Positions 7,831 to 16,040 of a stretch of 20,000 bases of DNA are shown one piece after another; the stretch's first letter is position 1, and the number at the start of each line of letters is the position of its first letter. Source of the DNA: an uncultured virus (IMG/VR IMGVR_UViG_3300020599_000005) (Duplodnaviria > Heunggongvirae > Uroviricota > Caudoviricetes); the IMG/VR virus record IMGVR_UViG_3300020599_000005; one strand, given 5' to 3'. The notes under the pieces were generated by a model. That model ran no database searches. It saw only the letters and a program-made list of their open reading frames with translations, and was not told the origin of the DNA. The position numbers and the translations under genes were made by a program.

Positions 7831-7854
7831 GACCGCTTACATTGGAGACCACTA

Positions 7855-8406
7855 ATGGATGACGATTCCATCCTAACGGTCGTGGACAGCATATTCAGGT
7901 TTTGCGGTGGACGGTATATCAACCTACCCGTTAAAGATGACCTGAAACGCGATATCAAAAAACTGGGCCCATTCAGGGCTTTGTTGGTCGATATCCATGT
8001 AGGTCGGGACCTGACAGTGATCCTGTTTAAGAACCCAACCTTCCATGGCCCGGTGATCATTCGACGCTACCCGGCGTTGATCAATGATGATCGGGACGCC
8101 TTGCTGTATACAGCCCTCAGCACCATCATCAGTAAAGTGGTGTTTAACATGCGTACTGTTCCGCAGAGCATGATGGTCAAAACCTTCCTCGTCGAAAACA
8201 ACGAGGAGATAGACTGGATGCCTGCGTTGAACGATGAACTAGGAGAAGCCATCGTTAAAGGACTGTTTGCCAAGCGCAGCACTTTCGGATTTGGGATGGG
8301 TGAGTTCAGTGTCTTCCTCGAGGATGCGCATTATCGAGGCTGGCATTTTAAGCCACCTCGGTATTACAACAATATCTTCTCATTGCCGGACAGGCGAGGG
8401 AGATAA
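7855..8406 (+). CDS. Hypothetical protein (183 aa)
   Basis: GGAG RBS, ATG start; no recognised domain. Confidence 0.7.
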   Translation: MDDDSILTVVDSIFRFCGGRYINLPVKDDLKRDIKKLGPFRALLVDIHVGRDLTVILFKNPTFHGPVIIRRYPALINDDRDALLYTALSTIISKVVFNMRTVPQSMMVKTFLVENNEEIDWMPALNDELGEAIVKGLFAKRSTFGFGMGEFSVFLEDAHYRGWHFKPPRYYNNIFSLPDRRGR

Positions 8407-8409
8407 CCC

Positions 8410-8814
8410 ATGTATCCCCTCCATTATTACGTGATCCTTGCAGCCATTACGTTCATTGGTTTCGTGGGTAAAGACAGCTTGGTGCTGTCATTGTACACGG
8501 ACCATCGCCCGAAGAAACCCAACACCCCCAATGCGTTCTACATTGGCTACATGGCTACTCACTGGGTGGCCACCTTCTCGTTATTCTGGTTGCTGGAATT
8601 GATCTGGCGTTCATACACGCATGTCGAGGACAGCTATTACGGGTTTGTCTTGGCCAACACGGAAGCTGCCATTCGTTTCGGTAGTTTTGTATTTTCGAAA
8701 CGAAAACACAGTAATGTGTCAAATGCAGCCATCAACATCGGACGATTGAATTACCTGATCGTTTCGGTCGCGATTCCCTTGTTCCTTTTGATGTTGGGGT
8801 ACTTCAGTGGCTAA
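8410..8814 (+). CDS. Multi-pass membrane protein (134 aa)
   Basis: Three to four hydrophobic segments; GGAG RBS. Confidence 0.7.
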   Translation: MYPLHYYVILAAITFIGFVGKDSLVLSLYTDHRPKKPNTPNAFYIGYMATHWVATFSLFWLLELIWRSYTHVEDSYYGFVLANTEAAIRFGSFVFSKRKHSNVSNAAINIGRLNYLIVSVAIPLFLLMLGYFSG

Positions 8815-9391
8815 GATCTACACCGGAATTGGTTCCCGTGAGACCCCAGAGGACATCCTCCTCTTGATGGAGATCTTGGGACGCATCCTGTGTGACCGAG
8901 GCTGGCGGCTTCGCTCCGGTGGTGCCATCGGGGCGGATTCCGCCTTCTATGCCGGCGCACGCAGGAGTGAGCGATTTACTGAGGTCAATGCAGAGATCTT
9001 CCTGCCCTGGAATGGCGTGGAATATGACCGGGTGAATCATCTCAAACATTGGCATGATCCAGTCAATGGTTACTTCGATGCCACCTTGTTCTCGACCTGG
9101 GCAGAAACCTATGCCATTGCGTCTGAAATCCACGGTGGGTTTGAGTATTGCGGTCCAGGTGCAATCGCCATGCATCGCCGTAATGTTTACCAGATTCTAG
9201 GTTCCAGCTTAAACGACCCGAGTCGGTTTGTACTCTTCTGGGCTAAACCTGTGGGTAAAACAGGTAAAGTTAGTGGTGGAACCAACACGGCAGTGCAGCT
9301 GGCCAGGCGCCACGGTATCGAAACCGTTAACCTGTACACGGACGAAGGTCGTAAACGAGCAGAAGGTTTCATCGCGCCGAAAAGCGTTTAG
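8807..9391 (+). CDS. SLOG-superfamily (DprA/Smf-like nucleotide-binding) protein
   Basis: YTGIGSRETP, LRSGGA.GADSAF, RN.YQILG and SGGT.TAV.LA are hallmarks of phage SLOG proteins. Confidence 0.8.
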   Translation: MAKIYTGIGSRETPEDILLLMEILGRILCDRGWRLRSGGAIGADSAFYAGARRSERFTEVNAEIFLPWNGVEYDRVNHLKHWHDPVNGYFDATLFSTWAETYAIASEIHGGFEYCGPGAIAMHRRNVYQILGSSLNDPSRFVLFWAKPVGKTGKVSGGTNTAVQLARRHGIETVNLYTDEGRKRAEGFIAPKSV

Positions 9392-9399
9392 GGGGCAGC

Positions 9400-9693
9400 A
9401 TGTCTCAAGCATTAAAATTGAAAGACTTCCAGCATCTTGTAGAAGCGAACGAACCACCCCAGATCATCCAACTGTTCCTCTGGATCTGGCTCTTTGGTGG
9501 AGATGATCCCAAAGAGACCGCAGAGGGCGTTAAAACGCTCGAGGAAGCAGGTTACGCCGTCAAGTGGGGCAGTTTACAGCCTGACGGTTTACGGCGCGTA
9601 GGCGTCGTTGTAGAAGGTTTAACACTCATCGTTACCGCCACCTTGCGCAACAGCTACTACCACGCTGTGGTAGTAGCTCTGGGTCGTGCGTAA
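9400..9693 (+). CDS. Hypothetical protein (97 aa)
   Basis: AGGGGG RBS; fills the gap between neighbouring genes. Confidence 0.6.
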   Translation: MSQALKLKDFQHLVEANEPPQIIQLFLWIWLFGGDDPKETAEGVKTLEEAGYAVKWGSLQPDGLRRVGVVVEGLTLIVTATLRNSYYHAVVVALGRA

Positions 9694-9721
9694 CGCTCTC
9701 CCTGTAATAAGGAACCGTGCA

Positions 9722-10591
9722 ATGCAAGAAGAAAACCAAATGGACGAAGTCACCCATTTCTCTCCCGAGGTCTCGCCAGCCCGCGAGGCCGGGGCGCATG
9801 CCATCCGACCCGCCCAGGGTTACCTCGATCAGATCGCTGACGCCGACATCGGCCGGGGTCTGACCACCCCCGACCTGTCCTTCGTCGAGCCCGAAAACGC
9901 CAAGTCCGACGAGGAACTGGCTGATGTGCAGGGTGATGAAGAAGATGCCGGTGACTTCCTCAGCGAGGAAGATGCCGCTGCTCTGGACGAACAGGACGAG
10001 TCGAGCGAAGAAGAGCAGCAACATGCACTGTACAGCATGGACGCCCAGCTGAACATGCTGCGTGAACGCATGAAAACTCTCTGGCAGTACCTGCCCGAGG
10101 ATGACCCGGACGTCAAGCTACTGCGCGAGTTCGCAGAAGGTGAAACAGCGCTAGTGCCTGGCTCCGGCGAGTCCCGTGAGGTCTACCTGAAGAAGATGCG
10201 CCGCATCGTCGCTGCGAACGCCATCGCTTCGGCCAAGTCCAAAGCGATCATCCTCGAAGGTCAACCCCTCGACATCGTGTTGGAGATGTTCGATCCGAAA
10301 GTCAACCAAGTGTTGCCGTGGAAACCGATGGAGCACCTGGTGGCGGCCAAGGTCTTCCGCCAGGACCTCGCTGCGTTCGAGTTCTATTCGAAGAACTTCG
10401 GCTACGCCGTGATCCTCAACAGCGGCCCGATGGTCGACTTCACGTCTCGCAACATCGCCCGTATTCGGTTTGCCGAGTACCTCAAGGAGCAAGGCTACGC
10501 CCGCGTGGCTACACCCGAAGAACTCGAAAAGATCCTGCAAAGCATCAAAGATGCACAGCAGACCAACACCAAGCCGCGTAAGCGCGCTTAA
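9722..10591 (+). CDS. Hypothetical protein with acidic N-terminal region and basic C-terminus (~289 aa)
   Basis: ATG 9722 preceded by AAGGA (alternative start 9740); strong C-ending codon bias; D/E-rich stretch; ends in KPRKRA. Confidence 0.8.
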   Translation: MQEENQMDEVTHFSPEVSPAREAGAHAIRPAQGYLDQIADADIGRGLTTPDLSFVEPENAKSDEELADVQGDEEDAGDFLSEEDAAALDEQDESSEEEQQHALYSMDAQLNMLRERMKTLWQYLPEDDPDVKLLREFAEGETALVPGSGESREVYLKKMRRIVAANAIASAKSKAIILEGQPLDIVLEMFDPKVNQVLPWKPMEHLVAAKVFRQDLAAFEFYSKNFGYAVILNSGPMVDFTSRNIARIRFAEYLKEQGYARVATPEELEKILQSIKDAQQTNTKPRKRA

Positions 10592-10597
10592 GGACAA

Positions 10598-10635
10598 GCG
10601 TGGACGAGGGGAGCAATCCCCTCGTCTATGCCCCC
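10598..10635 (+). terminator. GC hairpin with TATGCC foot and downstream T-run
   Basis: GACGAGGGGA-GCAA-TCCCCTCGTC then TATGCCCCCTTTGTTTTTT; upstream GCGTG can pair with TATGC via G.U. Confidence 0.7.
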
Positions 10636-10658
10636 TTTGTTTTTTATCCAAAAAGTTA

Positions 10659-10673
10659 GGGCAATACATTATC
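10659..10673 (+). promoter_or_regulatory. GGGCAATACATTATC candidate early promoter (copy 2)
   Basis: Exact 15-mer also at 16893-16907; both intergenic, after a hairpin and AT-rich tract, ~40 nt before a start codon. Confidence 0.6.
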
Positions 10674-10713
10674 GCTAGGGTAATCCAACGATAATGTTTC
10701 AAAGGGGTGAAAG

Positions 10714-10968
10714 ATGAATAAGAAAGTTCTGATGATGGCTCTGGTGATGCTGACTGGCTGCGCTCATGAGGCGGAGAAGTCGAGCGGGGAAATCACTGAG
10801 GTAAGAGAGTCTTATCATCTCAGCTGGGAGGACCGTATGGCCCTCGCGCAGCTTCCCGAACCTGACAATGGCGGCCAGTGGGTGCGCTGTCGGGATAATA
10901 ATTGCTACGTCATGATGACGGGCGAGTATATCGGCGAAGCGAAGGATGGTCTCTACCTCGTTTGGTAA
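10714..10968 (+). CDS. Small lipoprotein (84 aa)
   Basis: MNKK + hydrophobic core + lipobox LTG|C16; additional CxxxxC pair. Confidence 0.8.
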   Translation: MNKKVLMMALVMLTGCAHEAEKSSGEITEVRESYHLSWEDRMALAQLPEPDNGGQWVRCRDNNCYVMMTGEYIGEAKDGLYLVW

Positions 10969-11061
10969 CGAGGTAGCGATCTGCATGGATGTCACCTAAA
11001 CACCAAAGCACTGGGGGTTCACTAGCGAAGAACAGATAATCCTCTATGGAGGAAACCCGAG

Positions 11062-11466
11062 ATGGCCAAACGACCTATCTATTTTGGCAAGCTGATGGCC
11101 GAACTGGCTATGCAAGCCGAGCACGGACACTTCCGGAATGCTAAGAACTATTCGGAAGAGACCGGCGTCTATCTAGACGATCGCACTCGGCGGCTGATCT
11201 TTACGATCAGCATCAACGGTATCCGGTTTGACTACGATACCGTTAAGGAGTCGCACACCTTCTTCCGTCTTGACGGAAGTTGTTTGGGGGACTACATCCG
11301 TGAAGGGTGGGATGGTCTCACTTCCTCCCAACAAGATGCCTTTGTTGGTGAGTTGTACGGATTCCTGAGAATCAATGAACTTACGGAGATGACCTTCAGA
11401 GAGTTCTTTGATTTTGCTACCACCCCACCTGCTGATTCCGCGTCGCGGATCAGGGGATTTGTCTAG
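11062..11466 (+). CDS. Hypothetical protein (134 aa)
   Basis: GGAGG RBS, ATG start. Confidence 0.7.
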   Translation: MAKRPIYFGKLMAELAMQAEHGHFRNAKNYSEETGVYLDDRTRRLIFTISINGIRFDYDTVKESHTFFRLDGSCLGDYIREGWDGLTSSQQDAFVGELYGFLRINELTEMTFREFFDFATTPPADSASRIRGFV

Positions 11467-11482
11467 GGGTAGGTGACGATAG

Positions 11483-11520
11483 CGCCCCCTCCATTCAGGG
11501 GGCGTGATTCGTTTATTTTT
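11483..11520 (+). terminator. Hairpin with delayed T-tract
   Basis: CGCCCCCT-CCATTC-AGGGGGCG followed by TGATTCGTTTATTTTT. Confidence 0.5.
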
Positions 11521-11534
11521 GGGGAAAGAAGAAG

Positions 11535-11972
11535 ATGACGAGGGAAGATGTGCTGCTAGTCTTCGCGTTGTCCATGGCCATTCACGGCACGGATGACGCC
11601 TTGCGTGCCGCCATAGGGCGCCTAAAGACGAAAGTCAGCAGTAAGATCAGGGCCACCATGCTCCTGCCCTTTGAGCGCCATAAGACTCCGCTCAAGAAGG
11701 TCAGCGAGGTGTTCTTTAACCTGGATGAGGAGACCATCTGTGTAGGCAGTGCCTACCGAAAAGGTGTGAGTTACGAGATTTTGTTGACCGCAACTGATTT
11801 TGATGTGCCGCTCAGGGAAGGGGAGTTGGTGAATGCATTGCACCTGCACTTCCAAGAAGTACTGGGTATCGGTACTGGCTGGCTGGGCGTGCAGTTATCC
11901 CAAGAGTGGGGATTCACGGGATTACTGCACACTCGCTGGTTGGATATCCCAGCCAGGGTATTGATAAATTAG
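11535..11972 (+). CDS. Hypothetical protein with N-terminal 'IHGTD' helical domain (145 aa)
   Basis: ORF with purine-rich RBS; N-terminus recalls small Pseudomonas (pro)phage proteins of pattern L.LA..IHGTD.A...K.P (from memory). Confidence 0.65.
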   Translation: MTREDVLLVFALSMAIHGTDDALRAAIGRLKTKVSSKIRATMLLPFERHKTPLKKVSEVFFNLDEETICVGSAYRKGVSYEILLTATDFDVPLREGELVNALHLHFQEVLGIGTGWLGVQLSQEWGFTGLLHTRWLDIPARVLIN

Positions 11973-12031
11973 AACAGGGGTTGGCTATCCTATACACCCA
12001 ACCTGTCTATCATTTCTTAGGGGGAAGTAAC

Positions 12032-12700
12032 ATGGCCAAAGGCCTCTTTATTGCGTTCGAAGGTCCGGATGGCGCCGGTAAAACCACGGCGCGGCAGTTC
12101 GTAGCGGACTTCCTGAGCGCAGCTAACATCGACGTGCAACTGACTCGCGAGCCGGGCGGTACGCCACTGGCAGAGCGTATCCGTGACGTGCTGCTCACGC
12201 CCACGGACGAGAAGTTCGACTACAAGACCGAACTGCTGCTGTTCTTCGCGGCCCGTGCTCAGCACGTCAACACGCTGATCCTGCCGGCCGTCGAATCCGG
12301 CAAGGTCGTGTTGTGTGACCGCTTCCTGGACTCGACCTACGCCTACCAGTGCTATGGCCGCGGTATCCCACGTGTCGATATCGACACCCTGACCAACTAC
12401 GTCCTGCGCGACTTGCGACCGGATGTCACTTTCCTGTTCAACGTGGACCCAGAAGTGGGTGCGGCCCGGGTGGCAGCAGCCCGGGGTCAGGACCGCATGG
12501 AGCAGGAAGATGCCGGCTTCTACGCCAAGGTCCAGAAAGGCTATCGGGTGATGGCCTCGATGGACCCGCAGCGGTACGTCAACATCGATGCTAACCAGCC
12601 GTTGGAGCAAGTCCAAGCGCAGCTGGTCCCTCACTTGCAGGAACTGATCAATCGGATCAAGTCCCGCAGTAATGTGCTCGACAGCGCCGTCCAAGGCTAA
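12032..12700 (+). CDS. tmk: Thymidylate kinase
   Basis: FIAFEGPDGAGKTT P-loop, TREPGGT, LLFFAARAQH, VLCDRF.DSTYAYQ..GRG, PD.TFLF. Start moved to ATG 12032. Confidence 0.95.
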   Translation: MAKGLFIAFEGPDGAGKTTARQFVADFLSAANIDVQLTREPGGTPLAERIRDVLLTPTDEKFDYKTELLLFFAARAQHVNTLILPAVESGKVVLCDRFLDSTYAYQCYGRGIPRVDIDTLTNYVLRDLRPDVTFLFNVDPEVGAARVAAARGQDRMEQEDAGFYAKVQKGYRVMASMDPQRYVNIDANQPLEQVQAQLVPHLQELINRIKSRSNVLDSAVQG

Positions 12701-12701
12701 T

Positions 12702-12735
12702 CATAAAGGCCTCCCGTCGCGGAGGCCTTTATGCC
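12702..12735. terminator. GC hairpin with CATAAA/TTTATGCC base
   Basis: CATAAAGGCCTCC-CGTCGC-GGAGGCCTTTATG (13 bp perfect stem) then CC. Confidence 0.7.
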
Positions 12736-12751
12736 ATCTAAGAGGTGATGA

Positions 12752-13414
12752 ATGTATAAGCAAACTGAAGTCATGGATGTCGGAGCGGCGGTACTTGGAG
12801 GCATCCTGGCGGCCTTCAAGGGTTGGGAAGGGGCGTATACCCTGGTCGGTGAAAAGGTCACCGAAGAACTGATCTTAAAGGCTGTCGAGCCTGAGAAACG
12901 CCATCTCTTTGATCTTTACGATGATGGATGCTCAGGTGTACAGCTGGTGGAGGTCTACGTCCGCTCCACCAACGAAGAACATCCTAAGGTTCCGGGTGTC
13001 GAACGACTGGACACCTTTCCAAACGAGATCTGGATGGCGTGGGGATGGCATCCAACACCCAGCCATCAGTTCCAAGCCATCCCGTTAGACGAGACCTGGT
13101 ATTACGATCCTGCGCTACAGGGTGTGTTGGTCTTTGGTGCTCTGGACAGCGCGACGAAGGAGATGCGCTTGATGCGTTTCCCCATCACGTTTGATTGCAC
13201 GCGCGATAACGTGGTTAAACATCGCCCTGAGACGATGAGTGAGACTCAAGCGTATAAGCTGCTACCCAAATGGAAGGGCCGCTGTACGCTGCAAGAGGCG
13301 GCTTCTCGCTTGTGGCATTTACATGCCGATACCACACATCTTCCTTACACTGAAACCGATGAGGAAGATGAAAGTGACTTTCCTTTTGAAACGGGGGATC
13401 AAGACAATGGTTAA
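12752..13414 (+). CDS. Hypothetical protein (220 aa)
   Basis: GAGGTG RBS, ATG start, acidic C-terminus. Confidence 0.75.
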   Translation: MYKQTEVMDVGAAVLGGILAAFKGWEGAYTLVGEKVTEELILKAVEPEKRHLFDLYDDGCSGVQLVEVYVRSTNEEHPKVPGVERLDTFPNEIWMAWGWHPTPSHQFQAIPLDETWYYDPALQGVLVFGALDSATKEMRLMRFPITFDCTRDNVVKHRPETMSETQAYKLLPKWKGRCTLQEAASRLWHLHADTTHLPYTETDEEDESDFPFETGDQDNG

Positions 13415-13544
13415 GGATCGTACGCCACATCCGGCTGAGCCACAATTCAAGTTCCCAGACCGTGAGAACTTGCCGCGTACCACGCCCAGTCTCTGCCGAG
13501 CTGTACCGTTCTTTGACTGCGTCAATCTGAAGACCTCTTTGTGA
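13407..13544 (+). CDS. Possible small protein (45 aa) or gene remnant
   Basis: ATG overlaps the previous gene end by 8 nt; GGGGGA RBS. Confidence 0.35.
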   Translation: MVKDRTPHPAEPQFKFPDRENLPRTTPSLCRAVPFFDCVNLKTSL

Positions 13545-13679
13545 ACAGCCGACATGACAAATGGCGGCAAGAGGCTCTGCTCTGGAAGTTTATCTACTGA
13601 TATGACAGGTGATCCGCTTTCGCTTCCAGCGCAAGATGAGATCACCTGCCTATAATCCCTCCAACACAGGTACCTGCAA

Positions 13680-14156
13680 ATGTGGAATTTTCTTAAGCGA
13701 CTGCTTGGCATCCAGGACAAGCCAAAGCCCGCTGAACAAGTGACTCCACCAGTCGCACCAGCCGTTGGTCGTGACGTTACGCCCCCTGCCATGCTCAAGC
13801 CCAATGACGCGCCTGCTCAGCGTTTGAGTCATCGGTTCCATGAGGAACGTGAGCCTCCTTTGCACCTTCGCAACAAACCAAAGAAAGCAGCTACTTCCTC
13901 ACGAGAATCACCACGCTTGTTGCGTCCCAGTGTACGCCAGCCTGAATCACCACCAAACCCATCGCCCATTCGCGATGACTCCAGTGATCTGCTGGTACTC
14001 GGGACGTCGATGTATCTGATGTCATCAACAATGAGTGAAGACCGACCATCACCGGGTTGCAGTGTGGAGGTAAGAGACGATAGCAGTCGCTACGACAGCG
14101 CATCCGACACGGGTAGTTACGACAGCGGCAGTAACGATTCTTCTTCCTGCGACTAA
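13680..14156 (+). CDS. Low-complexity protein with amphipathic N-terminus, Pro-rich middle and D/S-rich tail (158 aa)
   Basis: MWNFLKRLLG...; C-terminal DDSSRYDSASDTGSYDSGSNDSSSCD. Confidence 0.7.
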   Translation: MWNFLKRLLGIQDKPKPAEQVTPPVAPAVGRDVTPPAMLKPNDAPAQRLSHRFHEEREPPLHLRNKPKKAATSSRESPRLLRPSVRQPESPPNPSPIRDDSSDLLVLGTSMYLMSSTMSEDRPSPGCSVEVRDDSSRYDSASDTGSYDSGSNDSSSCD

Positions 14157-14170
14157 GGAGGTGCACCCTC

Positions 14171-14515
14171 ATGCGTACTTTGCTGCTGATTATCCTGTTG
14201 TCTCCACTGCTAGCCTTTGCTGATCAACGCGAAGTCTACGTCATTGATTCGACGTTCTGTGAGGGGCGTGCCTTGATTGGCAAAGCTACCGCAGAAGCCA
14301 AGGGTCGCGGTGTGGATGCCCGCGACTGGGTCGAGGACCTCAGGAAAAACAAAGCGAGTGCCCCCATAGGGTCCATGCTGCATTCAGGGATTGCCATGGG
14401 TTTACTGGATGTCGAGGGTATCTATTCCCTCAAGAAGAACTATCCGGCAGTGCAAGTCTACATGGACTTGTATAACACCTGCATGGCCTTCCGTGAGCGA
14501 ACCATCGTATTGTAA
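14171..14515 (+). CDS. Secreted/periplasmic protein (114 aa)
   Basis: AAGGAGG RBS; signal peptide MRTLLLIILLSPLLAFA|D; two Cys residues. Confidence 0.75.
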   Translation: MRTLLLIILLSPLLAFADQREVYVIDSTFCEGRALIGKATAEAKGRGVDARDWVEDLRKNKASAPIGSMLHSGIAMGLLDVEGIYSLKKNYPAVQVYMDLYNTCMAFRERTIVL

Positions 14516-14518
14516 CAC

Positions 14519-14549
14519 AGGGCCGGGTTGATCCCGGCCCTTTATGTCG
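14519..14549 (+). terminator. GC hairpin with TATGTCG foot
   Basis: AGGGCCGGG-TTGAT-CCCGGCCCT then TTATGTCG. Confidence 0.6.
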
Positions 14550-14564
14550 TATCAGGGGTGTAAC

Positions 14565-14849
14565 ATGCAAAAGAAGATAGACCGTGTTCAGAAGCTGCTC
14601 AAGGAGATCGAGTGTGCCACTTATACCGGAACTGTTCTAACGGACGCTCAGGCTGAGCAATTGGCCAGCTGTAAAGAAGAGTTCTCACGCATTCGTGCCA
14701 ATGACATCTACAATGAACGTCATCAGTCGCGCCGCAAGTTGCAAGAGTTGCGGGCTAAGTGGCATATCTCCGTGGCACGTTGTTCGCAGATCTACAAGGA
14801 CATCGTCACCAACACCAACGGTTTCTACCGCAAGAAGAACCGTCAGTAA
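14565..14849 (+). CDS. Basic coiled-coil hypothetical protein (94 aa)
   Basis: ATG 14565 with AGGGGT RBS. Confidence 0.65.
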   Translation: MQKKIDRVQKLLKEIECATYTGTVLTDAQAEQLASCKEEFSRIRANDIYNERHQSRRKLQELRAKWHISVARCSQIYKDIVTNTNGFYRKKNRQ

Positions 14850-14901
14850 TACTTTAATCGACTCCCTTATGTTACGTACATGGGGTAATGGGTTTTATGG
14901 G

Positions 14902-15519
14902 ATGCTAACCGATTTCGATATTTTCTTGACACTCGCTGTTCACTTGGACGATCCTAAGTCCAAACTACAAGACGTGGTCAAGAAACTGGCCAAGAAACAT
15001 CTAAGGCAGCGGAACTTCCGCAGCGCGGCGTTACAGGAGATTCTGAACTCCAAGAGTCCTCGTGAGGACATCTTGCGTATTCTGCGGCGCTCTGATCGTT
15101 TTAGCGATGACATGTTTGAAGCCGCCCAGAAGTTTACGGAGGAAGGTTATCAAGGGTTGGTACTGATCCGTTCTAATGCGTCTATTCCACCTGAGCACTG
15201 GATGACGGTACTACCCGTAGAGGTATTGGTAGAAACACGGGAAGACTATCTCTGGGGGAAAGAGAACGAGGACGCGATCCGCTGTGCCGCAGCACAAGGT
15301 GCCATGAACGTACTGAACCTCAACTACATCGACTGCATGGTCCACATGTTCAGGGCGAAAGGGTTCACGGGGGAGATCGATGAATGGACTGCTACGCGTG
15401 AGGGCCTGACGAAGGCCACTCGAGAACATGAGCAGTTGATGCGGATGGTCGGACAAGAAGCTCAAGAGATGCTGGAGAAGAAACGTGACCGAGAAGAAAG
15501 AGATTCCGTACACCGTTGA
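14902..15519 (+). CDS. Hypothetical protein (~205 aa); start uncertain (14869 or 14902)
   Basis: 3' part of the listed ORF 14695..15519, whose 5' part overlaps the previous gene. Confidence 0.65.
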   Translation: MLTDFDIFLTLAVHLDDPKSKLQDVVKKLAKKHLRQRNFRSAALQEILNSKSPREDILRILRRSDRFSDDMFEAAQKFTEEGYQGLVLIRSNASIPPEHWMTVLPVEVLVETREDYLWGKENEDAIRCAAAQGAMNVLNLNYIDCMVHMFRAKGFTGEIDEWTATREGLTKATREHEQLMRMVGQEAQEMLEKKRDREERDSVHR

Positions 15520-15572
15520 TGACATGTTTCGGGAAATGGCAGATAAAATCAATTCCGTCAACTGAAGGATCA

Positions 15573-16040
15573 ATGATGAAAAAGACCAAATTCATCATCG
15601 ACTGCGAATTCAACAGCAGTCGAGGCCAACTGCTCTCCATGGCCCTGGTTCCGGTTAAAGAGGGTATCGAACCCTTCTACGAGGAACTGGCCATCATCGA
15701 GCCATTGGACCCGTGGGTTATCGAACACGTCATGCCATCCATGCGTTACGCGGTAGATAACAACTGGCGCCATGGGTTGTCAACGTTCCAGATGGCGCTG
15801 GAAGCCTACCTCGACCAATTCGAGGAAGTGCAGATCATCGCCGACTGGCCGGACGATATCGCCTACTTCTGCAACGTGCTGATCACCACACCGGGACAGT
15901 CGATCAAACTGCCGAAGTTGACCTTCAAGATCGTCCCGATTACCAATGAAAAGTCCAAGGACCTGCACAACGCATTGGCAGATGCCGAAGCAATGCGCCT
16001 GGACTACATCCAGAAATTCCAACAGGAAGTTCAGCTGTGA
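15573..16040 (+). CDS. DEDDh 3'-5' exonuclease (Rv2179c/DnaQ-like)
   Basis: FIIDCEF (ExoI), LLSMALV, ADWPDD..YF (ExoII), HNALADA (ExoIII). Start ATG 15573 or 15576 after AAGGA. Confidence 0.85.
   Translation: MMKKTKFIIDCEFNSSRGQLLSMALVPVKEGIEPFYEELAIIEPLDPWVIEHVMPSMRYAVDNNWRHGLSTFQMALEAYLDQFEEVQIIADWPDDIAYFCNVLITTPGQSIKLPKLTFKIVPITNEKSKDLHNALADAEAMRLDYIQKFQQEVQL

Noticed and set aside
7855..7950. Mor-like activator motif (FCGGRYINLP)
   Set aside because: Only a short resemblance; no C-terminal helix-turn-helix is evident
8410..8814. Holin call for the membrane protein
   Set aside because: No adjacent endolysin, dual start or charged C-terminal tail; hydrophobicity alone is insufficient
13628..13656. 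Sigma70 promoter from the perfect TATAAT at 13651
   Set aside because: No TTGACA-like -35 at 16-18 nt spacing, and the TG is misplaced for an extended -10
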